Source: Candidatus Omnitrophota bacterium
GTDB lineage: Bacteria > Omnitrophota > Gorgyraeia > JABMRN01 > RBG-13-46-9
Length of the DNA stretch: 64,000 nucleotides
Direction: 5' to 3'
Assembly (NCBI GenBank): GCA_043817155.1
Contig: JBDRHE010000072.1
Coordinates: 1,345-65,344, forward strand
The position numbers and the translations under genes were made by a program. Below the pieces are notes generated by a model that saw nothing but the letters and a program-made list of their open reading frames with translations, did no database searches and was not told where the DNA came from. Positions 18,183 through 27,890 of the stretch are shown here, piece by piece. Position 1 is the first letter of the stretch. Every line of letters starts with the position of its first letter.

Positions 18183-18287
18183 CACGGTGCACCAGAGCAC
18201 CAGCGCACAGGAGCACCAGTATGAGATTTCTAATTTGGTGCACTTGTGTTCTTGCGCACTTGTGCTCCCGTAATAAAACGAGCAGAT

Positions 18288-18845
18288 GTGGATAGACAGA
18301 AGATAATAAAAGCGATGAAGATGATCCTGGAGGCCGTGGGAGACAACCCCCGTAGGGCGGATCTTCTTGATACTCCAAGAAGAGTAGCCGACATGTATGA
18401 AGAGGTCCTAAGCGGCATAAAGAAGGATCCGGGCAAAGAGCTCGAGGTTTTACTCTCAGCTGACCACGATGAAATTGTGCTTCTTAAGGACATACCCATT
18501 TTTTCAATATGTGAGCACCATCTACTGCCTTTCATAGGGAAAGCCCACGTAGCGTATGTTCCGAAGGATAATCGCGTGACGGGTCTTAGTAAACTCGCCA
18601 GAGTGGTAGATGTATTCGCCAAGCGTCTCCAGGTCCAAGAGAGGCTTACCACGCAGATCGCCGATACGATCATGAAGAAGCTAAAGCCGAAAGGTGTGAT
18701 GGTTGTCATTGAGGCCGAACACCTCTGCATGAGCATGAGAGGGGTTAAGAAGCCCGGGGTAACAACTGTAACGAGCGCAGTAAGGGGTATATTCAGGAGC
18801 AACTCAAAGACGAGATCCGAGACGTTGGATCTGATACGCTTGTAA
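18288..18845 (+). CDS. folE: GTP cyclohydrolase I.
   Basis: [18 protein letters not shown] and QVQERLT motifs. GTG start at 18288 chosen by comparison with the remembered Bacillus MtrA N-terminus. The track ORF starts at 18246. Confidence 0.85.
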   Translation: MDRQKIIKAMKMILEAVGDNPRRADLLDTPRRVADMYEEVLSGIKKDPGKELEVLLSADHDEIVLLKDIPIFSICEHHLLPFIGKAHVAYVPKDNRVTGLSKLARVVDVFAKRLQVQERLTTQIADTIMKKLKPKGVMVVIEAEHLCMSMRGVKKPGVTTVTSAVRGIFRSNSKTRSETLDLIRL

Positions 18846-18973
18846 GATGATATGGATTCAGCGAGTAGCTTGTTAGAGCATTAGCTTATTAGCTTTCTAG
18901 GATAAGAATGCTTTCTAAGAAGCTAGAAAGCTAAAGCTCTAGTAAGCTATCCGCTATATGCTAGTAATTAGAT

Positions 18974-19684
18974 ATGAAAAACCGAAAGATAGTAACGCAA
19001 GTAGGATCTCTCCCGTACGAAGATGTGAAGGCTGCCGTAGAATACAGCCTTAGGCACGATATACCATTTTTGCCCGAGCTTCCCAGGAAGGGCGACGCTA
19101 TGCTTAACTATATTAAAAATCCGGGAGAGCTTAGTTGCCTGGAAGAATTCAAGAAGCATAGCTTCAAGACGGTTAAGATACAGTGCGTAGGGCCCGCAAC
19201 GCTTGTGATCGGGGGATATAGTGAAGACGAAGCCATACAAAGGCCGCTCGAGCACATATCTAAAATAATTGACGGACTTACTGCTGAAGAGATAATACTC
19301 TTTCTGGATGAGCCGGCCCTTGGTCACGTCGGTTTTGACTTTAGCAAAATATGGGACGCGCTCTTTTCAAGTTTTAATGTCATCTCCGGGGTTCATACCT
19401 GCGGTAACATGGATTGGGATAAACTCTTCAGCTCAAATATAGACATTATAAGTTTCGATGCTTCCGAGTTCGATCTTACAAAATATTCCGGATATAGAAG
19501 CGGAAAGAGAATTGCCTGGGGTGTGCAGGAAGCCGAAAATATCAGGGATTTCAAAACCGGTGATCTTGTGACGCTGCCTTGCGGCCTGGGATCGCCTCTC
19601 CACAAAGTAGATGACTGCGAGGATAAGCTGAATAAACTTAATGACATAGCCCTTAAGATTGCCCAAGGAGGTAAAGATGGCTAA
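18974..19684 (+). CDS. Minimal MetE-like (cobalamin-independent methionine synthase C-terminal-like, UroD/MetE superfamily) protein.
   Basis: 236 aa. Motifs resemble MetE: VTQVGSLPYED (cf. TTTIGSFPRT), FLDEPAL (cf. IQIDEPAL), VHTCG (His-Cys zinc site) and LPCGLGSP (cf. PDCGL). Confidence 0.5.
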   Translation: MKNRKIVTQVGSLPYEDVKAAVEYSLRHDIPFLPELPRKGDAMLNYIKNPGELSCLEEFKKHSFKTVKIQCVGPATLVIGGYSEDEAIQRPLEHISKIIDGLTAEEIILFLDEPALGHVGFDFSKIWDALFSSFNVISGVHTCGNMDWDKLFSSNIDIISFDASEFDLTKYSGYRSGKRIAWGVQEAENIRDFKTGDLVTLPCGLGSPLHKVDDCEDKLNKLNDIALKIAQGGKDG

Positions 19685-21380
19685 GGTTCCTTCTGACTTA
19701 GAGATCGCGCAAAGCGCGAGATTGAAACCTATAAAGAGCATAGCAAAGAAGCTTGGCCTAAAGGATAAGGAACTTTTTCTTTATGGCGAACACATGGCAA
19801 AGGTTTCGCTCGATGTTCTGGGTCGCCTTAAGAAGAGGAAGATCGGGAAATATATAGACGTAACTGCCATTACTCCTACGCCGCTTGGCGAAGGCAAGAC
19901 CGTTACCACGATAGGTCTTTCTATGGGCCTTAACAGGATCGGCAAAGACACTACCGTAGTTATTCGTCAGCCGTCCCTGGGACCGGTATTCGGCATCAAA
20001 GGAGGGGCAGCCGGCGGAGGGTATTCACAGGTTGTGCCGATGGAACATTTCAACCTACACCTTACCGGTGATGTGCATGCTGTCGGGCTTGCGCACAACC
20101 TTTGCGCCGCATTCTTAGATAATTCCATCTTTAAGGGAAACAAGCTAAACATAGATATCCCTTCCATACAGTGGAGGCGTGTTGTAGATGTATCGGATAG
20201 ATTCTTGCGCAATATAAAGATTGGGCTCGGCACTCCCGAGGATGGTATTGAACGGGATACAGGATTCGATATTACAGTCGCAAGCGAGGTAATGGCTATA
20301 TTGGCCTTAACAGACTCTCTTAAGGATCTGAGGAGACGCATAGGACGCATAGTTCTTGGTACAACGAAGGATGGAAAGCCGGTTACCGCGGAAGATATAA
20401 AGGTGGCCGGCGCTATGACAGTCCTTCTTAAAGACGCGATCAAGCCTAACCTTCTCCAGACTCTTGACAATACACCGTGTCTTGTGCATGCCGGACCGTT
20501 TGCCAATATTGCGCACGGCAACAGTTCTATATTGGCTGATAAGATAGCGCTTAAACTATCCGATTACGTTGTTACTGAATCCGGTTTTGGCGCAGATTGC
20601 GGGGCTGAGAAGTTTATGGACTTAAAGTGCAGAATAAGCGGGCTTAAGCCCGACTGTGTTGTTATGGTCTGTACTGTAAGGGCTCTTAAGATGCATTCCG
20701 GAAGATTCCAGGTTGTAGCCGGTAAACCACTCGATCCGAAATTGCTACAAGAGGATCTGGAAACGCTAAGTGACGGTTGCGCCAACCTCGAGAAGCATAT
20801 AGAGAACATGAAACTATTTGGAGTGCCGGTGGTCGTGGCGGTGAATAAATTCACCCACGATACCCCTAAGGAGATAGAGCTTATTCGCAAGAAGGCTATA
20901 GCCGCGGGAGCAGAAGATGCAGTTTTGAGTGAAGTTTGGGCAAAAGGTTCTAAGGGGGGCACGGAGCTTGCAAGGGCCGTTGTTAAGGCGGCGGAGAAGA
21001 GATCAAAATTTAAATTCTTATATCCTTTAGACATGTCCATTAAGAAGAAGATAGAGACGATCGCTACAAAGATCTACGGGGCAAAGGATGTTAGCTATGA
21101 GGAGAAGGCGGAGAAGTCGATAGCGTTATTTACAAGACTGGGCTATGATAAGATACCGCTTTGCATGGCAAAGACGCATCTTTCCCTTTCGCATGATCCT
21201 AAATTAAAGGGCAGGCCGGAAGGTTTTACATTGCCTATACGGGATGTGCGCGCATCGGTAGGCGCCGGATTCTTATACCCGCTGTGCGGGACAATGCGTA
21301 CGATGCCGGGACTGCCAACCCATCCTGCCGGCGAGAAGGTGGATATCGACTCGAAGGGACGAACAGTAGGGCTATTTTGA
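19677..21380 (+). CDS. fhs: Formate-tetrahydrofolate ligase.
   Basis: PTPLGEGKTVTTIGL P-loop. 568 aa. ATG preceded by a GGAGG ribosome-binding site. Confidence 0.9.
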   Translation: MAKVPSDLEIAQSARLKPIKSIAKKLGLKDKELFLYGEHMAKVSLDVLGRLKKRKIGKYIDVTAITPTPLGEGKTVTTIGLSMGLNRIGKDTTVVIRQPSLGPVFGIKGGAAGGGYSQVVPMEHFNLHLTGDVHAVGLAHNLCAAFLDNSIFKGNKLNIDIPSIQWRRVVDVSDRFLRNIKIGLGTPEDGIERDTGFDITVASEVMAILALTDSLKDLRRRIGRIVLGTTKDGKPVTAEDIKVAGAMTVLLKDAIKPNLLQTLDNTPCLVHAGPFANIAHGNSSILADKIALKLSDYVVTESGFGADCGAEKFMDLKCRISGLKPDCVVMVCTVRALKMHSGRFQVVAGKPLDPKLLQEDLETLSDGCANLEKHIENMKLFGVPVVVAVNKFTHDTPKEIELIRKKAIAAGAEDAVLSEVWAKGSKGGTELARAVVKAAEKRSKFKFLYPLDMSIKKKIETIATKIYGAKDVSYEEKAEKSIALFTRLGYDKIPLCMAKTHLSLSHDPKLKGRPEGFTLPIRDVRASVGAGFLYPLCGTMRTMPGLPTHPAGEKVDIDSKGRTVGLF

Positions 21381-21428
21381 CAATTCCAGGCCCCGGGCCT
21401 TTTTCATCAGGCCCGGGGCCTGGAATTG
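21381..21428. repeat. Family D hairpin, copy D2.
   Basis: CAATTCCAGGCCCCGGGCC-TTTTTCATCA-GGCCCGGGGCCTGGAATTG, directly after the fhs stop. No downstream T-tract. Confidence 0.8.
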
Positions 21429-21449
21429 GTGGTGACCTGACAGGTAGAA

Positions 21450-22067
21450 ATGGTGTATAAACACGACAGAATCTGTGATTACTTAGACAAGCTTGCCTCG
21501 AAATCGCCGACGCCGGGAGGCGGAAGCGCGGCTGCGCTGATCGGCGCTACTGGCATAGCGCTTCTTGCCAAGGTCGCGAACTTTACAGTAGGAAAAGAAA
21601 AGTATAAAAGTTCCTGGAATGAGATGACAGATATCCTCGGCCTCTGTAAAAGACTGGACGCGGAGTGCCATAGATTATGTTCAGATGACGCGGCAGCCTA
21701 TAAGAAGCTGAGCGAAGTTTTTAAGATGCCAAAAGGCGATGAGCGCAGCGCCAGGCTTCAGAAAGCCTTAAAGGAGGCTATGGGAGTCCCCATGGATATA
21801 TGCAGAAAGACCCATGAGGCCATAAAACTATGTCTGCCCTTGGCTGAAAGAGGAAATGCCAACCTTCTGACCGACACTGGCATAGCCAGCCTCGCATTAA
21901 AGTGCGCTTTTCTCTCTGCCAGGCTTAATGTGGACGTGAACTTAAAGAGTCTTAAAGATGGGAAGCTAGTAACCCAGATGCGAGAAGCGCTCGATTCTAT
22001 GGAGAAGGATGTTGTCTCTTCAAATGAAAAGGTTGCGGCAGCTGTAGATACGTATCTAAAAGGGTAA
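21450..22067 (+). CDS. fchA: Methenyltetrahydrofolate cyclohydrolase (cyclodeaminase/cyclohydrolase family).
   Basis: SPTPGGGSAAALIGATGIALLAKV motif of the FTCD/FchA family. Confidence 0.75.
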   Translation: MVYKHDRICDYLDKLASKSPTPGGGSAAALIGATGIALLAKVANFTVGKEKYKSSWNEMTDILGLCKRLDAECHRLCSDDAAAYKKLSEVFKMPKGDERSARLQKALKEAMGVPMDICRKTHEAIKLCLPLAERGNANLLTDTGIASLALKCAFLSARLNVDVNLKSLKDGKLVTQMREALDSMEKDVVSSNEKVAAAVDTYLKG

Positions 22068-22167
22068 AAGAGGTCAATTCGACTGTTCAAAGAAGAAATT
22101 CACGGTAGATGCATTTACAAAAATCTTTGATTTTCGTAAATGCAGGTCTCATTGAAGGAGGGACGAG

Positions 22168-23061
22168 ATGATAAGGAAGATATCGGATATTCTGAAGGAG
22201 AAAGCTTGCACTTATTCTTTTGAATTCTTTCCGCCGAAGACCCAGAAGGGGAGAGATAAGCTTCCCGAAGTTGCGAAGGTCTTCGCAGAGAACGGAGCAG
22301 ACTGGTTTTCAGTCACTTATGGCGCCGGCGGGTCAACGAGAGAAGCCACGATGGATATCGTAGAAGATCTGCAGAAACGTTTTAGCGTACCTGTAATGCA
22401 CCATTTTACCTGCGTGGGACACAGCCAGGAAGAACTTAAAAAGATATTGGGGAGGATGAAGGAGAAGAACATCCGCAATATACTCGCGCTTCGAGGCGAC
22501 GCGCCTGAAGGCGAAGAGTTATGGGCGCCGTCCCCTGACGGCTTCGAATACTGTTATCAGCTGGTAGAGCTCATACGGTCGTATGGAGACTTCTTCAGCA
22601 TAGGTGTCGCCGGTTTCCCCGAAGGCCACATAAACTGCCCGGACAAGGAGACGGATTCTAAGTACTTGAAGATCAAGATGGATAAAGGCGGCGAGTTCGC
22701 GATAACACAGCTCTTTTTTGATAATAAAGACTACTTTGAATACCTGCAGCGCATAAAGAAGATCGGTGTGACTGCGCGAATTCTTCCGGGAGTTATCACA
22801 ATAACGAATTATAAGACATTGCTTAAGTTCTGCGGTACGTGCGGGGCCACCATTCCGCAGAAGGTGCATGATATATTCAAGCCGCTCCAGGATGACCTCG
22901 AAGCAACATACAAAGCCGGCGTCGAATTTGCGGTTAAGCAGTGTAAAGAGCTGCTGGATGGCGGCGCTCCGGGACTCCACTTCTATTCTCTAAATAAGGT
23001 GGAGCCGACGCTCGAAGTTATGAATAAGGTAAAGGCGATGTCAACCTGCAAAGCGAAATAA
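22168..23061 (+). CDS. metF: Methylenetetrahydrofolate reductase.
   Basis: YSFEFFPPKT and ALRGD motifs. Strong ribosome-binding site. Confidence 0.85.
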   Translation: MIRKISDILKEKACTYSFEFFPPKTQKGRDKLPEVAKVFAENGADWFSVTYGAGGSTREATMDIVEDLQKRFSVPVMHHFTCVGHSQEELKKILGRMKEKNIRNILALRGDAPEGEELWAPSPDGFEYCYQLVELIRSYGDFFSIGVAGFPEGHINCPDKETDSKYLKIKMDKGGEFAITQLFFDNKDYFEYLQRIKKIGVTARILPGVITITNYKTLLKFCGTCGATIPQKVHDIFKPLQDDLEATYKAGVEFAVKQCKELLDGGAPGLHFYSLNKVEPTLEVMNKVKAMSTCKAK

Positions 23062-23081
23062 TTACAATTTAGGAGAAGAGT

Positions 23082-23942
23082 ATGTCTGCAAAGTTGTTAG
23101 AAGGAAAAGCGATCGCCGGTAAGATCAAAGAGGATCTAAAAAAAGAGATAGAGTCTTTAAAAGCGAAGACCGGCAAAGGGCCTAAGCTCGTGAGCATCCA
23201 GGTTGGAGAGAACGCGGCTTCCGCGGTCTATATAAAATCCCAAAAGAAGAATGCGGAGAACCTGGGCATAGAGTATGAACTTAAGACGCTTGATGCCGAT
23301 CTTACTCAGGATGGTCTGATAGAAGAGATGGGAAGGCTGAATAGCGATAAAGGCGTTACAGCGATCATAGTACAGCTTCCCCTGCCTAAACAGATAGATC
23401 ATAAAATTGTCATGGCAGCCATTGCGCCTGAAAAGGACGCGGAGGGAATGCATCCGACAAACCTCGGGCGTCTTCTTCTTGGAAGCTCAAACCTGGCTCC
23501 GTGTACAGCGCAAGCGGTAATGGAGCTAATACTATCAACAGGTATTAAACTCTATGGAAAGGAAGCCGTTATAGTCGGCCACTCCGAGATAGTGGGAAAG
23601 CCGCTAAGCATGCTGCTTCTAAAGCAGTTTGCTACTACGAGAGTATGTCATATCGCCACCGGTGAAAGAGGCGTTCTGGCCGAACACGTAAAGGACGCTG
23701 AAGTACTTGTTGTCGCGGTAGGTAAGGCAGGCCTCGTAAAAGGGGATTGGATAAAGAAGGATGCTATCGTTGTAGACGTAGGAATAAATCGGATCGAAGG
23801 TAAAATAGTAGGTGATGTAGAGTTTGAAAAAGCGAAGGAGCGGGCAAGCTATATTACACCCGTTCCGGGCGGTGTTGGCCCGCTAACGGTTACGATGTTG
23901 CTTAAGAATGTCGTTGAAGCTTTTAAGTTGCAGCATCAGTAA
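23082..23942 (+). CDS. folD: Bifunctional methylene-THF dehydrogenase / methenyl-THF cyclohydrolase.
   Basis: LLEGKAIAGKIKED..., GxSxxVGKP and PVPGGVGPLT motifs. Confidence 0.9.
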   Translation: MSAKLLEGKAIAGKIKEDLKKEIESLKAKTGKGPKLVSIQVGENAASAVYIKSQKKNAENLGIEYELKTLDADLTQDGLIEEMGRLNSDKGVTAIIVQLPLPKQIDHKIVMAAIAPEKDAEGMHPTNLGRLLLGSSNLAPCTAQAVMELILSTGIKLYGKEAVIVGHSEIVGKPLSMLLLKQFATTRVCHIATGERGVLAEHVKDAEVLVVAVGKAGLVKGDWIKKDAIVVDVGINRIEGKIVGDVEFEKAKERASYITPVPGGVGPLTVTMLLKNVVEAFKLQHQ

Positions 23943-23946
23943 TTTC

Positions 23947-24026
23947 TGTCATCCCCGCGCAAGCGGGGATCCAGAGCGGACACGTAGATAGTTAATCCAT
24001 GGATTCCCGCTTTCGCGGGAATGACA
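23947..24026. repeat. Family B element, copy B4.
   Basis: TGTCATCCCCGCGCAAGCGGGGATCCAG...ATGGATTCCCGCTTTCGCGGGAATGACA. Its right end supplies ATG codons at 24021 and 24026. Confidence 0.85.
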
Positions 24027-24061
24027 TGTGGGAAGATGCCAAGGGACAAATAGAGGTCTCA

Positions 24062-24820
24062 TTGAAGATCGCATTTACGGGAAAAGGCGGAGTTGGGAAG
24101 ACGACACTAGCGAGTCTTTTTATCCGTGTTCTTTCAAAAGACGAGGCAGTTTTGGCGGTCGATTGTGATCCCGATGCTAATCTCGGGCGCGCGCTTGGCT
24201 TTAAAGATGCCGAAAAGATACGGCCTATCGTCAATATGAAAGAGATGATCGCCGATCGCATGGGCATTAAGGATGGCGATAAGTCCTTTTATCAGCTCAA
24301 TCCTAAAATTGACGATATTCCGGATTCATATTCAAAAAATAACGGGAACATAAAGTTAATTGTGATGGGGGCCGTAGAAGAGGGTGGATCGGGGTGCATG
24401 TGTCCGGAGAGCGCTTTTGTAAAGAGCCTCATTTCGCACCTTATACTTCGCCGGAACGAACATGTTGTTATGGATATGGAAGCCGGCGTCGAGCATCTCG
24501 GCAGGGGAACCGCAGGTTCCTGTGATTTTGTTATTACCGTTTGCGAGCCTACGCATAACTCTGTTGAGACGGCAAAACGGATAGAGGGATTCGCGAAGGA
24601 TATCGGGGTGCGCAAGATCTATGCTGTAGGAAACAAGATCAGGTCAGCAAGCGATAGGATATTTTTAGAGAAGGCGCTTGGAGAGATACGTCTTCTTGAA
24701 TCTGTAGAATTTTCAGATGAATTTCTAGAAACCTGCAAGGAGAACGCTCCTGATCTGGTTTCAGAAGACGTGGTTTTAAAGATCAAAACGATCAGGCGTC
24801 TATTGGAGGAGGAGACATAA
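24062..24820 (+). CDS. cooC: CO dehydrogenase nickel-insertion accessory ATPase CooC.
   Basis: KIAFTGKGGVGKTT Walker A motif at the very N-terminus if the TTG at 24062 is used (AGAGGT ribosome-binding site 7 nt upstream). Alternative ATG at 24026 lies inside repeat B4. CxC motif present. Confidence 0.8.
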   Translation: MKIAFTGKGGVGKTTLASLFIRVLSKDEAVLAVDCDPDANLGRALGFKDAEKIRPIVNMKEMIADRMGIKDGDKSFYQLNPKIDDIPDSYSKNNGNIKLIVMGAVEEGGSGCMCPESAFVKSLISHLILRRNEHVVMDMEAGVEHLGRGTAGSCDFVITVCEPTHNSVETAKRIEGFAKDIGVRKIYAVGNKIRSASDRIFLEKALGEIRLLESVEFSDEFLETCKENAPDLVSEDVVLKIKTIRRLLEEET

Positions 24821-26742
24821 TGGCGGAAAAGAAGAAGACCGGTATCGATAAATTGCGGGAGATCTGTTATTCGTGCGGTCTGGAAACGATATGGGACAGG
24901 TACGATGCGCAGGAGCCTCACTGTGGTTTTGGCCTGCTTGGGCTTTGCTGCAAAACATGCAATCTCGGACCATGCCGAATTGACCCGTTCGGAGAGGGGC
25001 CGCAGGCGGGTACATGCGGCGCCACAGCTGATACGATAAGCGCGCGGAATCTCGCGCGTCATGTCGCAGCGGGAAGTTCGTGCCACTCAGATCATGGAAG
25101 AGAGATAGCCCATACACTTCATCTCTATGGCCAGGGGAAGGCTCCGAGCTACGAGATACGAAGTGAAAAGAAACTCAAGGTAGTCGCCGGCGAATATGGG
25201 ATTACCATTGATGGTAAGACAAATGAGGAGATCGCGCGAGAACTAGGAGAGCGCATGCTTGAGGATTTTGGCAGCCAAGCGAAGGCCCCTACACTTCTTG
25301 CCAGAGCCCCAAAGAAACAGCAAAAGATATGGGATGAACGCAGGATAGTTCCGCATGGAATCGACAGACCGGTCGTTGAGACGATGGCGCGTACCAATAT
25401 AGGGGTAGATACCGACTATAAAAACATAATTTTAGGTTCGATGAAAGCGGCGCTCGCCGATGGTTGGGGAGGGTCGATGATAGCTACAGAAGCTAGTGAT
25501 ATTCTTTTTGGCGCCCCGCAGGCTATCAGGGCAAAGGTCAATCTCGGAGTTTTAAAAGAAGATCAGGTCAATATTATTATTCACGGGCACGTCCCACTTT
25601 TAAGTGATGTCATCGTTACAGCTTCGCGAGACCAGGAGATGCTGAAATTGGCAAAGGCAAAGGGCGCTTCCGGCATTACTGTCGCGGGGATCTGTTGTAC
25701 GGCAAACGAGATCTTAATGAGAAGGGGCGTTCCTGTAGCAGGGAGTTTCCTGCAGCAGGAACTGGCGATCTCGACCGGAGCGGTCGAAGCAATGGTTGTA
25801 GATTTACAGTGCGTTCTTCCGGGTCTGGCGAGGATTGGGGAGAAGTTCCATACAAATCTTATTTCTACTCATCCGAAGGCAAAGTTCCCGGGCATGGAAC
25901 ACATAGAGTTCTCCGAAGAGAAGGCGCTCGATATTGCCAGGGCCATTGTAACAAAAGCGATAGAAAATTATCCTAATCGGGACAAATCAAAGGTGAATAT
26001 CCCGAAAGGAACCATGGATCTCATCGCCGGGTTCACCCCTGAAAATATTTATCATTATCTCGGAGGAAAATATCGCTCGACATACCGGCCGCTTAACGAT
26101 GCGATTGCGAGCGGACGTATACGCGGTGTTGCCGGCGTAGTAGGGTGTGATAATCCGAAACAGAAGAGCGGGAAGAGCCACATGGAGATGGTAAAAGAGC
26201 TCCTTAAACACGATGTGCTGGTTGTCCAGACCGGGTGTTCTGCGCTGGAGTCTGCGCAGGCAGGACTTCTCGTTCCGGAAGCCGCGAAGAAGTACGCGGG
26301 CAAAGGTATACAGGAGGTCTGCGAAGCGGTAGGGATACCCCCGGTTTTGCATCTCGGCTCCTGTGTTGACAATTCCAGAATTCTTATAGCTTGTACAAAT
26401 ATTGTTCGTGAAGGCGGGATAGGGGACGGGATCGATGAGCTTCCGGTGGCAGGGGCAGCGCCCGAATGGATGAGCGAAAAAGCTATCGCTATCGGTTCCT
26501 ATTTTGTCGCTTCGGGAGTTCTTGTTGTGATCGGGTCCCCGCTACCGGTGACGGGTTCGAAGAACGTGGTCAGCTATCTCACCGAAGAGCTGGAGGATGT
26601 TGTAGGAGGAAAATGGGCTTTTGAGGAGGACCCGATAAGAGGGGCCCATATAATAATACGCCACCTTGATAAGAAGCGTACGGCATTAAAGCTTGCGCCT
26701 ATGATGTATCAGAAATCCGAAACTGTTTTGGTGAAAGAATAA
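24820..26742 (+). CDS. cooS: Anaerobic carbon monoxide dehydrogenase catalytic subunit.
   Basis: N-terminal D- and B-cluster cysteine motifs (CGFGLLGLCCKTCNLGPCR). 640 aa. GGAGGAGG ribosome-binding site. Confidence 0.9.
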   Translation: MAEKKKTGIDKLREICYSCGLETIWDRYDAQEPHCGFGLLGLCCKTCNLGPCRIDPFGEGPQAGTCGATADTISARNLARHVAAGSSCHSDHGREIAHTLHLYGQGKAPSYEIRSEKKLKVVAGEYGITIDGKTNEEIARELGERMLEDFGSQAKAPTLLARAPKKQQKIWDERRIVPHGIDRPVVETMARTNIGVDTDYKNIILGSMKAALADGWGGSMIATEASDILFGAPQAIRAKVNLGVLKEDQVNIIIHGHVPLLSDVIVTASRDQEMLKLAKAKGASGITVAGICCTANEILMRRGVPVAGSFLQQELAISTGAVEAMVVDLQCVLPGLARIGEKFHTNLISTHPKAKFPGMEHIEFSEEKALDIARAIVTKAIENYPNRDKSKVNIPKGTMDLIAGFTPENIYHYLGGKYRSTYRPLNDAIASGRIRGVAGVVGCDNPKQKSGKSHMEMVKELLKHDVLVVQTGCSALESAQAGLLVPEAAKKYAGKGIQEVCEAVGIPPVLHLGSCVDNSRILIACTNIVREGGIGDGIDELPVAGAAPEWMSEKAIAIGSYFVASGVLVVIGSPLPVTGSKNVVSYLTEELEDVVGGKWAFEEDPIRGAHIIIRHLDKKRTALKLAPMMYQKSETVLVKE

Positions 26743-27272
26743 TGGTAATGAAGAAGGGGATAATTATAGTAGATCCCAAAAGATGTGTCGCATGCAGGAC
26801 GTGCGAGCTGCAATGCGCGGTTGCGCATTCAAAATCGAAAGATCTGAATAAGGCAATTTACGAAGAGCCGCGCTCCAAATCGCGGGTCAAGGTCGAATCA
26901 TGCCAGGACCTTGTAGTTCCTTTGCAATGCCGGCACTGTGAGGATGCCCCGTGCGTAAAGATATGTCCGACAAAAGCGCTCGAGAAGTTTGAAGTTGAAG
27001 GCCCGGTATTGATAGATGACAAGAGATGCATTGGATGTAAGTGGTGCGTCGTGGTCTGTCCATTCGGTGTAATAAATATGGATAAGTCCGGGAAGGCCAT
27101 AATAAAATGCGACCTCTGTTTTGAACGACTTAAAAATGGGGAGAGACCTGTCTGCTGCGCGGCCTGTCCAACCGGCGCATTACAGTTTAAGACCATGGAA
27201 GAGGTGACCAGGGAGAAGAAGAGAGAGTATCTGGTCAAGTTTAATTCGTCCGCAGAATTACCCGGGCTTTAG
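26742..27272 (+). CDS. cooF: CODH-associated 4Fe-4S ferredoxin-type iron-sulfur protein CooF.
   Basis: Four CxxCxxCxxxCP-type motifs. Start overlaps the cooS stop (TAATG). Confidence 0.8.
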   Translation: MVMKKGIIIVDPKRCVACRTCELQCAVAHSKSKDLNKAIYEEPRSKSRVKVESCQDLVVPLQCRHCEDAPCVKICPTKALEKFEVEGPVLIDDKRCIGCKWCVVVCPFGVINMDKSGKAIIKCDLCFERLKNGERPVCCAACPTGALQFKTMEEVTREKKREYLVKFNSSAELPGL

Positions 27273-27282
27273 CCCGTGGATA

Positions 27283-27393
27283 GAATTTCGCAAAGCGAAA
27301 TTCATTGCTTGGCGAGATGCTAAGCATCTCACCAAAGGTGATATGTGTTTTTGATGGAGGGAGCCCACCGGACTTTAGCCCGGGGGGCTCCAC
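27283..27393. repeat. Family A three-hairpin element, full copy A3.
   Basis: GAATTTCGCAAAGCGAAATTC / TTGGCGAGATGCTAAGCATCTCACCAA / GGTGATATGTGTTTTTGATGG / GGAGCCCACCGGACTTTAGCCCGGGGGGCTCCAC. Confidence 0.85.
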
Positions 27394-27419
27394 GAAAGAG
27401 AAGCAAGGGGGAGCGGTCT

Positions 27420-27890
27420 TTGAAGAAGGCAATAGACGTAAAGAAGATAGACGGCATAGTTAAGCGGCATAAATGCCGCATGAGTGGACTTATCGGGATG
27501 TTACAGGACATTCAGGGTAGTCATGGTTTTCTGCCTAAAGAGGCGCTCACCCGTGTGGCTGAGGCATTGAATGCCCCGCTAAGTCAGGTATACAGTCTGG
27601 CCACTTTCTATAAGGCTTTTAGTCTAAAGGCGCGCGGTAAGTATATGGTCTCTCTTTGCATGGGTACCGCATGCCACGTAAGAGGAACGGAAAGAATACT
27701 GGATGAATTGGAGAGGAAGCTCAAGATAAAAGCCGGCAACACAAGCAAGGACTCACGCTTCAGCCTGGAGACGGTCAACTGTTTAGGCGCTTGCGCGCTT
27801 GGGCCATTAATGGTTATAAACGGCGAATATTACGCTAAGATGAATGCCAAGAAGGTGGGTTCGATTCTTAAAAAATATGAAAAATCCTAA
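27420..27890 (+). CDS. NuoE/HoxE-like 2Fe-2S thioredoxin-fold subunit of an NAD(P)H-dependent flavoprotein module.
   Basis: CMGTACHVRG...CLGACALGP cysteine motif. TTG start with an AGGGGGAG ribosome-binding site. The track ORF begins inside repeat A3. Confidence 0.75.
   Translation: MKKAIDVKKIDGIVKRHKCRMSGLIGMLQDIQGSHGFLPKEALTRVAEALNAPLSQVYSLATFYKAFSLKARGKYMVSLCMGTACHVRGTERILDELERKLKIKAGNTSKDSRFSLETVNCLGACALGPLMVINGEYYAKMNAKKVGSILKKYEKS

Noticed and set aside
21381-21428. Family D hairpins interpreted as Rho-independent terminators (after fhs, acsC and bioF).
   Set aside because: The stems are strong but none is followed by a T-tract. The same hairpin also occurs between divergent genes (3826). 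The only convincing intrinsic terminator in the window is at 16243-16282.
23999-24061. Long N-terminal extensions in track ORFs: cooC from 23999, bioC from 49386, hps-rraA from 41373, nuoE from 27345, the MinD-like gene from 60507, rSAM from 14709, LOG from 15637, comF to 5740, bioB from 46087.
   Set aside because: The extensions read through family A, B or C repeats or through promoter sequence. Internal starts with a ribosome-binding site and family-typical N-termini were preferred. rpe is the exception, where no internal start exists.
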